Source of the DNA: Squalus acanthias
Taxonomy: Eukaryota
DNA: 64,000 bases
NCBI GenBank assembly: GCA_030390025.1
Contig: CM059432.1
Coordinates: 144,772,001 to 144,836,000 of the forward strand
Direction: 5' to 3'
Below, piece by piece: positions 35,505-47,587 of this stretch. The translations under genes and the position numbers were made by a program. The notes below the pieces were generated by a model. That model had not been told where the DNA came from and made no database searches. It was given only the letters and a program-made list of their open reading frames with translations. The number at the start of each line of letters is the position of its first letter. Position 1 is the first letter of the stretch.

Positions 35505-37267
35505 GGGCTGAATTTTGCCGGCGCTCAGAGGGCGGGTTTGGAGGCGGGTCCGCTGTCAAAATCAAAAAAGATGGACAGCGGGCCGGTATCCCGCTCTGAA
35601 CCTGCCTCCTGGTCAGTTTCCCAAGGGCTGTTTCTTCCTTCCCCTCGCAGACATGGCACTAAGCGGCGGGTCATTCAATTGTGCTGGTTAGGAGGGTGTT
35701 TAAAGTAATGAAATCCCCATTTTACCAGCTCCAAAGCATTTTGCCAGGTTTTCCACGAGGTTCCCGTCGCTCGGGGTTCAGGCCAGGTAAGTATGTCGGG
35801 TTCTGAACAACTCTCCATTTCTTTCAATAGGCGACAGCTGCAAAAGTGGTTTTAAAACCTGCCATTTTACAGCTGCTCACTTTCCAATCTCAGAAGCTTC
35901 AGCTTTCAGTATTTAGAACCTACTTTTGAGCTTTATGCACTTTGGAAGTGTTTGGAGTAATCTCTCTATCCACTATCACCTCCTTGGAACAGCCTATCTC
36001 AACAATGACAGATTACTTCTGTCATCTCAACCTCACCTGCCATCCATTCCATCAGCATCGGTGCCCTTGGAAAAAATCTCACCTTGGTCCTCAGAATCCC
36101 AAAATGATCAGCCCCAACACCAGCATCACCAGGCATACCAGCAGCACCAACATCCACACCAACCTTCTCCGCAATCAACTGATGCTGCACTGGACACAGG
36201 GCATCATCACCCGCGTACATTGCTGCCTGGGACGCCAGCGATGGCCTCACCATGTCCAGATTAGCTTCACTGAACACTGTACACCCTGGCTGCCACAAGC
36301 ACCAGGTTGGCACCACCCCACACCAGCACCATAAAGCATCCCTACAATGTCCAAGCCATTCCTTTCACACTCATCACAATTGGGGGAGAGGGGAAGTTAT
36401 GTCTCAACATTCACTGGAACTCACTAAGACACTTTCAAAGGTGCATATAAATCTGTCCAAGAAGGCAAAGCGGTGACAATAAGGATTTCAATGCTTAACA
36501 ACACATTAACAGAAAGTTGACACAACCATTGGCTAAAACACCCTAGTGCCTACCCTTGTGTGTTGTTAGTTGTTATGATTGGACTAGGATGAGGGTGAGT
36601 GTGAGGGGTGGCTAGTGAGATGGAGAAGTGATAATGTAGATAGAGAGGGATGGGTGGAGGTGCAAGGTAAGTTGGTGTGAATAAGGATGTGTAGGAGTAG
36701 GGTAGGGAAGGCAGAGTGATGGGGATGTGATGAGTGGCACAGGAGGATGAGGTTGAGTGTGGCTTTGCATTACCGTTTCGTGATCTACTATGATCATTGA
36801 AAGGTCCTCTTGACAACATCCCTGTTTGTGTCCTCCTGTGCAATGTGCAATCAGGCTGCGTTGATCTCCTGGGGAGGTCTCTACCAGCCATTGGAAGGGA
36901 AGAGGACCTCCCTCCCTGTGTGCTGTGACTCCCTCCATAAGCATATGGAGAGAATCATGGGAGAGCCTGGGTGCAGCCATGCGCCTCTGTGCAGTGGTTG
37001 TCAGTGTTTGCAGCACCTCAATGCTGTAGAACACTGACAGCACAACTGTCAAAATGAATTTGGACATGGTCCCTTTAAGGAAACCGGCTGATGATGCGTC
37101 ATCAGACCTGCTTCTGTTTAATTGGCCGGGAACCTCGCAGGGCGGGCTTAACAAGCCCAAATAGGGGAAAATCACTCGGAGGAGGTGGGATGAAGACGGG
37201 TGCAGCGTTTGCAGCCGCTGTCTGCTCCGGCCGCACCGAACTCGCCACGGCTGGTGAAATCGCGGCC
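35505..37267. mobile_element. Non-autonomous PIF/Harbinger-like element (1.76 kb) with a Myb/SANT-like gene remnant
   Basis: Termini GGGCTGAATTTTGCCGGC and GCTGGTGAAATCGCGGCC, TSD TAT at 35502-35504 and 37268-37270. Minus strand ~36770-36985 encodes MAAPRLSHDSLHMLMEGVTAHRE/VLFPSNG..LHIAQE..VKRT/FND. Confidence 0.8.
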
Positions 37268-37494
37268 TATTAGTGGGGTTCTGATTCCATAAGATTGGAG
37301 ATATCAGACTACTCAAATGTCCTGCTTGAAATGTTACTGCCTTTATACTTTAACTATTTTTTTTTGCTACATTGTGATAATAAATAATGAAATCACACTT
37401 TTCTTTATAGCAGCCATATGCCTGAATAGAATAAAATGCCAGCTATCTATTGGCAATGATTCTACACAATTGCATGTTATCCAGAATCACACCA

Positions 37495-37870
37495 ACAACA
37501 ACTTGCAGTTATATAGCACCTTTAACAACTTGTATTTATATAGCGCCTTTCACATAGTAAAACGTCCCAAGGCACTTCACAGGAACGTTATAAAACAAAA
37601 TTTGAAACCGAGCCACATAAGGAGATATTAGGACTTGGTCAAAGAGGTAGGTTTTAAGCAGCGTCTTAAAGGAGGAGAGAGAGAGAGATGGAGAGGCGGA
37701 GAGGTTTAGGGAGGGATTTCCAGAGCTTAGGGCCTTGGCAGCTGAAGGCACGGCCACCGATGGTGGAGTGATTAAAATTAGGGATGCTCAAGAAGCCAGA
37801 ATTAGAGGATTTTAAGGTGTGTCTTAAAGGAGAAGAGAGAGGCAGTGAGGTTTAAGGAGGCAACTCCAGA
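37495..37870 (-). mobile_element. L2 LINE 3' end
   Basis: CCGTGCCTTCAGCTGCCAAGGCCCTAAGCTCTGGAA and AAAGGCGCTATATAAATACAAGTTGTT tail on the minus strand. Confidence 0.85.
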
Positions 37871-38054
37871 ACACAAGAATCAAACCCTTCTGGTTCTACT
37901 TCAATTGACCATATCAATGGACAGAAACTAATTCTTCATTCTAACCACCATTGGTTACATGAGAGGTTAAAGTAAATTCAAGAATATCTTGTATTAAAAA
38001 ACTTTTCAATTTAGAAACTCAGTGTAAAGAATTTAGTGTGCAAACTCCCTTGAT

Positions 38055-39958
38055 GGCCATTGGCAGCCGTGCCTTCAGCTGCCAAGGTCCTAAGCTCTGG
38101 AATTACTACCTTAAAGGCGCTATATAAATACAAGTTGTTGTTGCTGTTGCCCTCTCTCCTCTGAATTCACCACCCTTCTGTCCTCATTAAACCTCTGCAC
38201 CCATATAAATCTCCTACTCATATTCACGGCCACCCCCTCGACCTGACCAGCTCCCATGGCCTCTTTACTTGCAAGTTCTCAAAGACAAGGCCCTCTCTGA
38301 CCACTTCCTTGTATCGCTCACCACCTACATCCCCCTACCCCTTCCAACCCCAATTCCTTCTGTGTCCACCCCGAAAAAACTCCCCAAATTCACAGACAGC
38401 TGCACTTTCAAACTCCTAACAGCCCAGCCTTTGGCCCCCCCATTTTCCACAAACTTCTGCAGTTGACTATTTGCTCAACAACTTCCTCATCTCCAGCTGC
38501 GATGCCTTTGTTCCCAGCAAAGCTTTAACTGTCTTTCACCCTCGTCGGTCCTGTTGGTATGGCCTCCATATTCGCTCTCACCCAAGGGCCACAGACTTGA
38601 GCGTATCTGGCACACAATTGGCTTTGCCATCTAACACCAGATTTGGCTAGACCGCATCAAGTACAATTCTCCTCTGCCAAAATTACGAACTATATCAGGT
38701 TCATACCGGAGAGAAAAGATAACCTGCCAGTTGCCGCCTCCAATATCTGTTCCAGATCTTATCCAGAACTCCTAGTTTGAATCTCCAATCAGGTTTTCAT
38801 CCCTGCAACAGCATTGAAATGAGCCAAAAGCAAAGTCCCAAACAACATTCCCTTTCACTGTGACTGTAGTGCATTATCCTCCTCATCGCAACCTTCAACA
38901 TCCTCCTTCAATGCCTCACCACCACTCAATGCCTCAAGGATCTATCCTTGGCTCCCTCCTTCTCCTCATGCTACACCTTAGCGACATCATCCACAGACAT
39001 GAGGTCAGCTCCACATATACACTGACACCCAGCTCTGCCACTCCAAAACCTCTCTTGATTCCTCCACTACCTCCGTATTGTCAAGGCTGCTTGTTCGGGA
39101 TCCAGCCTTGGATGAGCCGCAATTTCCTCCAATTCAACATTGGGAAAACCAAAGTCATTGTCTTTGGCCCCTATCACAAACTCTGTACCCTTGTCACCGA
39201 TTTGCTCCCCCTCCCCTGCCACTGTCTGAAGTTGAACCAGACTGTTCGCAACCTCAACATCCTATTCAGCCCCAAATTGAGTTTCTGGCCCCATATCCTT
39301 GACATCACAAAGATTGTCTACTTGCACCTCTGTAGCATCACCCACCTCCACCATTACCTCCGCCCACCTGCCCCAAAACCCCCATCCATTCCTTTGTTAC
39401 CCTCCAGATTTGACTATTTCAAAGCTATCCTAGTGGCTTCCCATTCTCCACCCTCCATAAACTTCATAGCATCGAAACTCTGCTGTCAGATACAATCCTG
39501 CACCAAGTCCCACTTACCCATCAGCATTATCCTTGCTGACCAACACTGGCTCCTGGTCCCCCCCAGCTGCTCAAATTTAAAATTCTCATACTTTTACTTA
39601 AATCCCTTCATGGCCTCAACCCTCCCTATTTCTGTAACCTGCTCCTGCCCTACAACCCCCCAAAAACTCTCAGTTCCCCCAACTCTGGCCTCTTGTGCAT
39701 CCCCCCTTCTGTTGACCCCATCATTGACAGCTGTGTGTTCAGCCGCGTAGGCCCCATATTCTTGAATTCTCTCCCTAAACCCCTCCACCATCTTCTCCTC
39801 CTTTAAGACCCTGCTACAAACCCAACTCTTTGATGAAGCTTTTGGTCACCCGTAATATCACATTTTTGGCTCAGCGTCCATTTTTCGATTCTGACTCTGT
39901 GATGCAACTTGGGACATTTTTTTACATTAAAAGCACTGCATAAATACAAGTTGTTGTT
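38055..39958 (+). mobile_element. L2 LINE, decayed with internal deletions, preceded by a short L2 tail
   Basis: GHPLDL..LSDHFLV endonuclease remnant, PQGSILGSLL, WMSRNFLQFNIGKTKVIVFG and SRFDYF. Tail ATAAATACAAGTTGTTG. Confidence 0.88.
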
Positions 39959-40003
39959 TATCTTTTGGAAGGCATGAAGGATACCATAATCTACAGAGAT
40001 ATA

Positions 40004-40368
40004 CAGGAAACTCTTTATTAACCGGCACCGACGGGACCGGCGTGGTGCCGGTTAATCAAAAAGTCCGGATAACGGAGAGTTATATCTCCCAACGTACGAG
40101 AGCCCCGTACACACTGACATGCGCCTGCATTCGGAGCTCCGTCTCCCCGGGGACCGCCAGCTGACCATCTGTCGTGTCCGCTGCCTACCCGGGCTGCACA
40201 TTCCCCTCCCAATCTACATGCTCCGATACAAGGCAAACGCCTCGGGGGTTTTTTTTTAAGTTATTTTTAAAGGAAAGATGAAGGAAAACCCCGGTTACCT
40301 ACTCAAGAATTTTGCCGGTTAAGAGAGATTTCCGGTTATTTGGGTGCCAGTTAAAAGAGAGTTTCCTG
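40004..40368. mobile_element. Tc1/mariner-superfamily (pogo/Tigger-like) MITE, copy 1
   Basis: TIR CAGGAAACTCTTTATTAACCGGCACC / GGTGCCAGTTAAAAGAGAGTTTCCTG, flanked by TA on both sides. Confidence 0.9.
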
Positions 40369-41029
40369 TACACTGAAAACTGAACAGGAAACCATTAAAA
40401 AAAAGTTCAACGTGATTTTCTACAGTTTATATTTATGTATCGGTTATTGAAACCAGTTTCCCATCCGATCTTTTGTGTCCAAGTTATTTAAAAATTGCCC
40501 TATATGAATATTAATTACCAAAATAAATATTGCCACAGTATGACACTCAAAATATATTTAACAAAGCATTCACTGAAAGGCAACGGCAATTTTTGTTCCA
40601 CTTAGTAAACACTCGTAATTTCAAACCTAATAGCATTCCATCAAAGTGACAGGCTTGCTGATTGACAGTCTCATCCTTGAACCCCGATGGCTTGTGTGTT
40701 TTTTAAAAATTCAGACACTGTCACATTTCACTCCCCCCCCGAAACCAAAAAAAAAAATCAGATTCTGCGAGAACACCTGTACAGCACGGCAAAGGGGCTG
40801 AGTACAGAGGCTGTTTCAATCTACAACATGCCTGTGATCCAAAAAAAAAGTGGAAACGTTTTATCCGCCATTATTTGTGGAGAGGGTGTAAAGTTTTCAC
40901 TGCGCCCATCAAGTTTTAAACTGGATGCTGAATTTGAAACTCTCTGAGAAGCTTTCTTTGAGAAAATTCCCACACAGAATGAGTTGTCATTGTGAACATG
41001 TAAACATTTAAATGTTTACTTACATAAAT

Positions 41030-42450
41030 GACATGGACACAGAAACCAAATGCAAGATGGTCAAAGCTACGACGATAGCCGAGTCAAGGGATGTGAGTAA
41101 GGATATGGAGGATTTAGATAAATTGTCACTGAGCTGAAAAATGGCAAATTACATTCACTGATAAATGTACTTATGCATTGGTAGAAAATATATATGACCA
41201 AAGTATAAAATTAATAGAATTCAGCATAAGTAGTGCAAGAACGGGATTTTAGAGTAATAACAGACTTGTCATTGCCTCAAAAATATACAGAGGCCGTTCA
41301 AAAACATCTTGGGATATTGTGGCAGAACATAAATACAAGTGCACAGTGGCTGTGCTAAGGCTCTACCTAGCACTGGTCAGACCACACATGCAGAACTGTG
41401 TCTGGTCACACTGCACAAAGGTTGTAGATGCATTGAAGCAAGTGCAGGGAAGAACAGCAAAATTATCTCAAGTGGAAAGGAGATGAATTATAAGAACAGA
41501 TAAATATCTACTGCCTGCAGGGAAGACAGTTAAAGGGAGGGGACCCCATTGAGTACAAAATATGAAATGGTTTAGGTAGTCCCGCTAGTAGGACTCGCGT
41601 TTAAATTAGTGATACAATTTTGACACAGATATACAAAAGCAAAATACTGTGGATGCTGGAAATCTGTAATAAAACAGATATAGTTCTTTACACACGAGGG
41701 TGTTATTTTGCATCTGGAGGCACAGAATACAAAAACAAGAATATTGAACTTGTACAAGACCTCAGTTAGACTGCAATTGTGTGTATGCAGTTCTGGGCAT
41801 CCCATCATAGGGAGAATGAGAGAGCAATATTTATATTTACAAATTCGGACAACAAAAGAAAACAGGTAATGCAGCAGGAACTTTTTATTTTACTAAAAGG
41901 GTGGGTAAGTATGTGGAACAAATTACCGGCATGAAACGCAAGGGCCAAGGGCATTCTGTGGATAGGTGGGCTCAATGAGCTTCTCCTGCCTTATACTAGG
42001 TTACTATGTAATGCAAAAGATACAGCGTAGATTCAATAGTTTGAGTAATAAAGACTCGAGAAGTTAGGCCTATATCCACTGGAGCCGAGAAGGTTGCTAT
42101 GGGTCTTCCAAATTTCGAGGCCTTATGATGAGGTAATTAGTGAGTGAGTGCTTCCACTTGGTTGGTGCGATGGTACGAATTTAAAATAATGACAAAATTC
42201 AAGGGTGATAGGAGAAAATATCTGTACACTGAGGGTGCTTAGAATGTGAAATTCTCTACCACAAACAGATGTTGAAGCAGAATCCAAGAATTCTTTTAAA
42301 AGTAGCTTGAAAAGAGAAATATTCAAGGAAATGGGGAGAAAGCAGAATTGTGGGATGAGACGAGACATTTGGAGAAAGAAACTGGCACAGACTTGATGGG
42401 CCGAATGGCCTAATTATGCGCTGTAACATTCTATGATTTGATGTCAGGAA
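41030..42450 (+). mobile_element. Patchwork of old CR1 fragments
   Basis: Degenerate LY.ALVRPH, FTKRVGKYVE and LRVLRM*NSLPQ-type segments, and a GGGCCGAATGGCCT tail near 42400. A short Penelope end lies at ~41632-41680. Confidence 0.65.
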
Positions 42451-42489
42451 TAATGTTAAGTAGAACAGTAGAGGCAAAAACATGAGAAA

Positions 42490-42917
42490 GAAAAGAAAAA
42501 GACTTGCATTTATATAGCGCCTTTCAAGACCTCAGGATGTCCCAAAGCGCTTTACAGCCAATGAAGTACTTTTGAAGTGTAGTCACTGTTGTAATGCAGG
42601 AAATCCGGCAGCCAATTGCACACAGCAAGCTCCCACAAACAGCAATGTGATAATGACCAGATAATCTGTTTTTGTTACGTTGATTGAGGGATAAATATTG
42701 GCCAGGACATCGGGGATAAGTCTCCTGCTCTTCTTCAAAATAGTGCCATGGGATCTTTTATGTCCACCTAAGAGTGCAGACGGGGCCTCGGTTTAACCTC
42801 TCATCCGAAAGACGGCACCTCCGACAGTGCAGCACTCCCTCAGCACTGCACTGACATATCAGCCTAGATTTTTACGCTCAAGTCTCTGGAGTGGGACTTG
42901 AACCCACAACTTCTGAG
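42490..42917 (-). mobile_element. DeuSINE (SacSINE1-like), near full length
   Basis: Colinear with 6745-7170, including the B box GGTTCAAGTCC. Confidence 0.87.
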
Positions 42918-43611
42918 TAGTATGAGCAGTGTCTGGTGCAACACTGGGAGAGTTAGAGTACCAAAGGAACGAACTTTGGTGGGACAAATAACTTTTCACC
43001 ATCCTAAGTTTTCTTATAAATTACTATAAGTCTGCAAAATGTCCATCGGTAGCTACATCTTCCTGGGAATCAATTTAAAGTTTTGACTCACACCAAATAA
43101 GGGAAAATACAACTTCAGATTATGATTAAACTAAATTGGATCAATTGTTGCAAAGGTTCAGATAAAAGCAAGATATTTGCCACGTACTTTTACAATTTAC
43201 AACAACTTCAACCAGAAGGACATGCACGATGTTTTAACTAAAATAACTTAAACAAAGAAAGCTTCTACACAGCAGCAGAGCATCAGACAATTGCTTTACA
43301 ACTCAACTAGCTCAAGCCCCAGTGACTGTTCATACTCCATTCTGCTCGTCATGTGTGATGATACTTTATGAGTACTCAGCCTCAGGTGAGGGCTTACCTC
43401 ACCCAGGGACAGAATTGCTAAGTGTAACTCGGATTTGCCTTTGGGGAACAGCACGGCTCCCAATAGCCAATTTCCAAATCAGTCAGAAATGCGGACAAAC
43501 CCAAATTCTAACTCAATAGCAAAATACTGTGGATGCTGGAAATCTGAAATAACAACAGAAAATGCTGGAAATACTCAGCAGGCCAGGCAGCATCCGTGGA
43601 GAGAGAAACAG

Positions 43612-43648
43612 AGTTAACGTTTCAGGTCTGGGACCCTTCATCAGAACT
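43612..43648 (-). ncRNA. Minimal hammerhead ribozyme motif with intact core
   Basis: Minus strand AGTT-CTGATGA-AGGGTC-CCA-GACCT-GAAA-CG-TT-AACT. Stem I AGTT/AACT, stem II GGGTC/GACCT, palindromic AACGTT stem III. Confidence 0.75.
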
Positions 43649-44040
43649 GGAAAAAGCTGGAGATGTAACAGATATTAAGCAGGTGCAGAGACAGGCGGGG
43701 TGGGGGGCGGCGGGGGGGTTTGGAGGGGAGGAAGGAATTGAAAGAACATACTGTGCTTATGTAAGAGGCAGGAAAGATAAAATGTTGCAAATGGGAATGG
43801 CAAAATCATACAGCATGAAAAATGGGGGCAGGGATTATTGTCTGAAATTGTTGAACTCGATGTTGAGTCCAGAAGGCTGTAAAGTGCCTAATCGAAAGAT
43901 GAGGTGCTGTTCCTCGAGCTTACGTTGAGCTTCATTGGAACAGTGTAATAGGCCGAGGACAGAGAGATCAGAGTGGGAGTGAAGCGGAGAATTAAAGTGA
44001 CAGGCGACCGGAAGCTCAGGGTCACCCTTACGGACTGAAC

Positions 44041-44353
44041 GGTGGGTTTCCTCCGGGTGCTCTGGTTTCCTCCCACAGTCCAAAAATGTGCGGGTTAGGT
44101 TGATTTGGCTATGATAAATTGACCCTTAGTGTTAGGGGGGGATTAAATATGTGGGGTTATGGGGATAGGATGGAATATGTTAGGGGAATTAAATACGTGG
44201 GGTTACGGGGGTAGGGTGGGATATGTGTACTGTGGGGATTAAAGCAGGGACAGGGTACTGGATTTGGATGATCAGCCATGATCGTATTGAATGGTGGAGC
44301 AGGCTCGACGGGCCGAATGGCCTACTCCTGCTCCTAGATTCTATGTTTCTATG
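44041..44353 (+). mobile_element. 5'-truncated V-SINE (HE1-like) with a CR1/HER1-derived tail
   Basis: V-domain-like GGGTTTCCTCCGGGTGCTCTGGTTTCCTCCCACAGTCCAAA joined to a CR1 tail matching ~50985-51093. Confidence 0.82.
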
Positions 44354-45559
44354 TTCCGCAAAGCAGTCACCCAATCTGCGTTTGGTCTCCCCAATGTAGA
44401 GGAGACCGCATCGTGAGCAGCGAATACAGTATATTAAATTGCAAGAAGTACAAGTAAATTGCTGTTTCACCTGGAAGGGGTGTTTGGGGCCCTGGACAGT
44501 GGGAAGGGAGGAGGTAAAAGGGCATGTGTTGCATCTCCTGCGCTTGCACGGGAAGGTTCCGTGGGAAGGGGAAGGAGTGTTGGGGTGGGAGTGGACCAGG
44601 GTATCCCTTCGGAATGCTGAAAGTGGGGGGGCGGGGTGGTGGAGATGTGTTTGGTGTGGGGGGATCACGCTGGAGGTGGAAGAAATGGCGGAGGATGATC
44701 CGTTGAATGTGGAGGCTGGTGGGGTGAAAGGTGAGGACAAGGGGAACCCCATCATGGTTCTGGGAGGGAGGGGAAGGGTGAGAGCAGAAGTGCGGGAAAT
44801 GGAACAGACACGGTCGAGGGCCATGTCAACCACGGGGGGTAGAGGGGAATCCTCGGTTGAGGAAAAAGGAAGACATATCAGAAGCACTAGCATGGAAGGT
44901 GACATCGTCAGAACAGATGCGGTGGAGACGGAGAAACTGGGAGAATGGAATAGAGTAAAAACAAAGCAAATGCAAGAACCAGCTGACAAGTTGCATGGGA
45001 AGCTATCCTGGGTTAAGGCATTACTGCTAAGCATGTCACGCCTGAATCTACAGAAGGGATACAAGCCTTTCGTATACTCATGAACTGAACACTAATCTGT
45101 GGTCACTTTAGGTCAAATGGATTTTCTCCTGCTTCCTCTTAAATGGATCACTGTCTGGAATTAAATCCATGAATTGTTTCCTATTTCCTTAGTGTGTGAA
45201 AATAAATCATTATTTCTGTATAAGTTACTTGTAAACAAATGTCAGGAATAATGCTTCAATCTGTGAGTGGACTGAAGGGTAATTAAGCGACCTCACTGTA
45301 CTACTGAAAGCAGCTCATTTCTGGTTTTGATCTATTGAGTCAACATTGAGTTTGTTGCACATAAACATTTAGCTTACAAATACACCAATAATATCAATTA
45401 AAATAGGTTGATATTCATAATCATTTCACCATAATTCTTTTTAACTGAACACTGATTTTCCAAAATAAAGTAATAAAGATTATTAATTCATCACAGTATT
45501 TCAAGTGATGGAAAGCTACTTAGCTGCAAAACTGTTGTTATCCCCCTCACCACACCATT

Positions 45560-46116
45560 CCCCCTCGCCTCACCGTCCCCCCCCCCTCGCCGTCCCCCCC
45601 CCTCGCCTCGCCGTTCCCCCCCTCGCCGTCGCCCCCCCCCCTCGCCGTTCCCCCCGCCGTCCCCCCCCCTCGCCGTTCCCCCCCCCCCCCCTCGCCGTTC
45701 CCCCCCCTCGCCTCGCCGTTCCCCCCCCTCGCCTCGCCGTTCCCCCCCCTCGCCTCGCCGTTTCCCCCCCCCCTCGCCTCGCCGTTTCTCCCCCCCCCCC
45801 TCGCCTCGCCGTCCCCCCGCTCGCCGTCGCCCCCCCCGTCCATCGCCCCTCGCCGTCCCCCCCCCCTCGCCGTACCCCCCCCCTCGCCTCGCCGTCCCCC
45901 CCCCTCGCCGTGCCGTCCCCCCTCGCCTCGCCGTTCCCCCCCCCCCTCGCCTCGCCGTTCCCCCCCCCTCGCCTCACCGTTCCCCCCCCTCGCCTCACCG
46001 TCCCCCCCCCCGCCTCACCGTCCCCCCCCCCTCACCGTTCCCCCCCCCCTCACCGTTCCCCCCCCCTCGCCTCACCGTTCCCCCCCCTTCGCCGTCCCCC
46101 CCCCCTCGCCTCACCC
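45560..46116. repeat. GC-rich minisatellite, unit (C)nTCGCCTCGCCGTT(C)n
   Basis: ~550 bp of tandem variants with C runs of 5-12 nt, in AT-rich flanks. Confidence 0.95.
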
Positions 46117-46914
46117 ACTAGTCGAGAGTCAGGCATATAACTACTTGAGGAGCCAAGCTGTCCATCTCTAATATTCATAAAAGTGAGATTTTTTTTTTTT
46201 TTACATACTTTATATCTCATAATATGGTCTTTGGTGAATTTGTAAGTATTTTCTAGTACAACCATTGTATTCTCAGCATTTATTGAGGCCACTTGTGAAT
46301 CATATCTACCGAAAATGTAACTAAATTAACCACAAACCAATGCACCAGCAATACAAGGGCACTCAAGTTAAATTAAAACAGCCCTGTGCATTCAATAGGT
46401 ACAGTAAGATGTCATAGTATGTAATAGACACAAAATATCCCTCAGTGCATACACAGATTGGAAAGAATGTGTACAAGTGTGCTTCACAGGCTAGTGTTCC
46501 GATTGCCCATGTTAACATGGTCTGCTTCAATCTTTCAAAGTTCAATCTTCACACATAAATTGTGTTTGCTGTTGTCACACAGATGGAATGATGGCGATTC
46601 ATATTTGTATATGCAGGGGTTGAGCGGAGGAGGAAGAATTATGGATCTGTTTATAAATAGTATTTAAAAACTATTTAATAAATTTAAATCATAAGTATCA
46701 AAAAATGCCAGCTGTAACTGGAGGGTGACCAAATGCGCAAGTATTAGACAATAACTATCGGCAAAACAACTTTCAAGTGGTATGTGATAACGTTAGGTGA
46801 TTGAACGCGTGCCAAGTGCAGTAGACATGACTGTCAATTACATGTGCTAATTACCAATTTCCTCTTACTTGAGGTCTGGATATTAAACAACTGGACATGG
46901 AACACACAGGTTTA

Positions 46915-47587
46915 ACATATTTAAGGCCATAAAAAAAAACAAGAACTAGGGTTTATTTCTAGAGGGATAAAATTGAAGAGTAGAGAAGTTATGCTAAACT
47001 TGTATCGAACCTTGGTTACACCACACTTGGAGTACTGTGTACAATTGTAATCGCCATATTATAAAAAGGATATAAAGGCACTGGAGGGTGCAAAAAAGAT
47101 TTACAAGGATGATTGCAGAACTGTGAGGTTATACCCATCAGGAAAGGATGAACAGGCTGGGTCTCTTTTCTCTTGAAAAAAGGCTGAGGGGTGACCTAAT
47201 AGAGGTCTTTAAAATTATGGTTTTGATGGAGTAAACACAGAGAGAGTGCTTCCACTTGTGGGGAAGAGCAAAACTAGAGGCCATCAACATAAAATAGTCA
47301 CCAAGAAATCAAATAATAGGGAATTCAGAAGAAACTTCTTTACCCAGAGAGTGGTGAGAATGTGGAACTCACTACCACAGGGACTGGTTGAAGCGAATAG
47401 TATCAATGCATTTAAGGGGAGGCTAGGTAAGCATATGAGGGAGAAGGGAATAGAGGGTTATGCTGATAGAGTTAGATGAGGAAAGATGGGTGGAGGCTCG
47501 AGTGGAGCATAAACGCCAGCATGGACTGGTTGGGCCGAATGGCCTGTTTCTGTGCTGTATATCCTACGTAATCCTATGTAATATCCT
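46915..47587 (+). mobile_element. CR1 LINE 3' fragment
   Basis: RRNFFTQRVVRMWNSLPQ peptide and GGGCCGAATGGCCTGTTTCTGTGCTG tail. Confidence 0.9.

Larger units (their letters stand above)
43515..44955 (-). mobile_element. Penelope-like element (second family): GIY-YIG region and terminal repeat, split by a SINE
   Basis: PCKRRRCNTC, NLIYCIRCSRCGLLYIGETKRRLGDCFAEH // RSVRKGDPELPVACHFN..LEEQHLIFRLGTLQPSGLN. Confidence 0.92.

Noticed and set aside
38860..39750. 296-aa ORF as a host gene
   Set aside because: L2 RT remnant lacking the catalytic YADD motif.
45505..46292. Pro-rich and Gly/Arg-rich ORFs
   Set aside because: Artefacts of the stop-free GC minisatellite.
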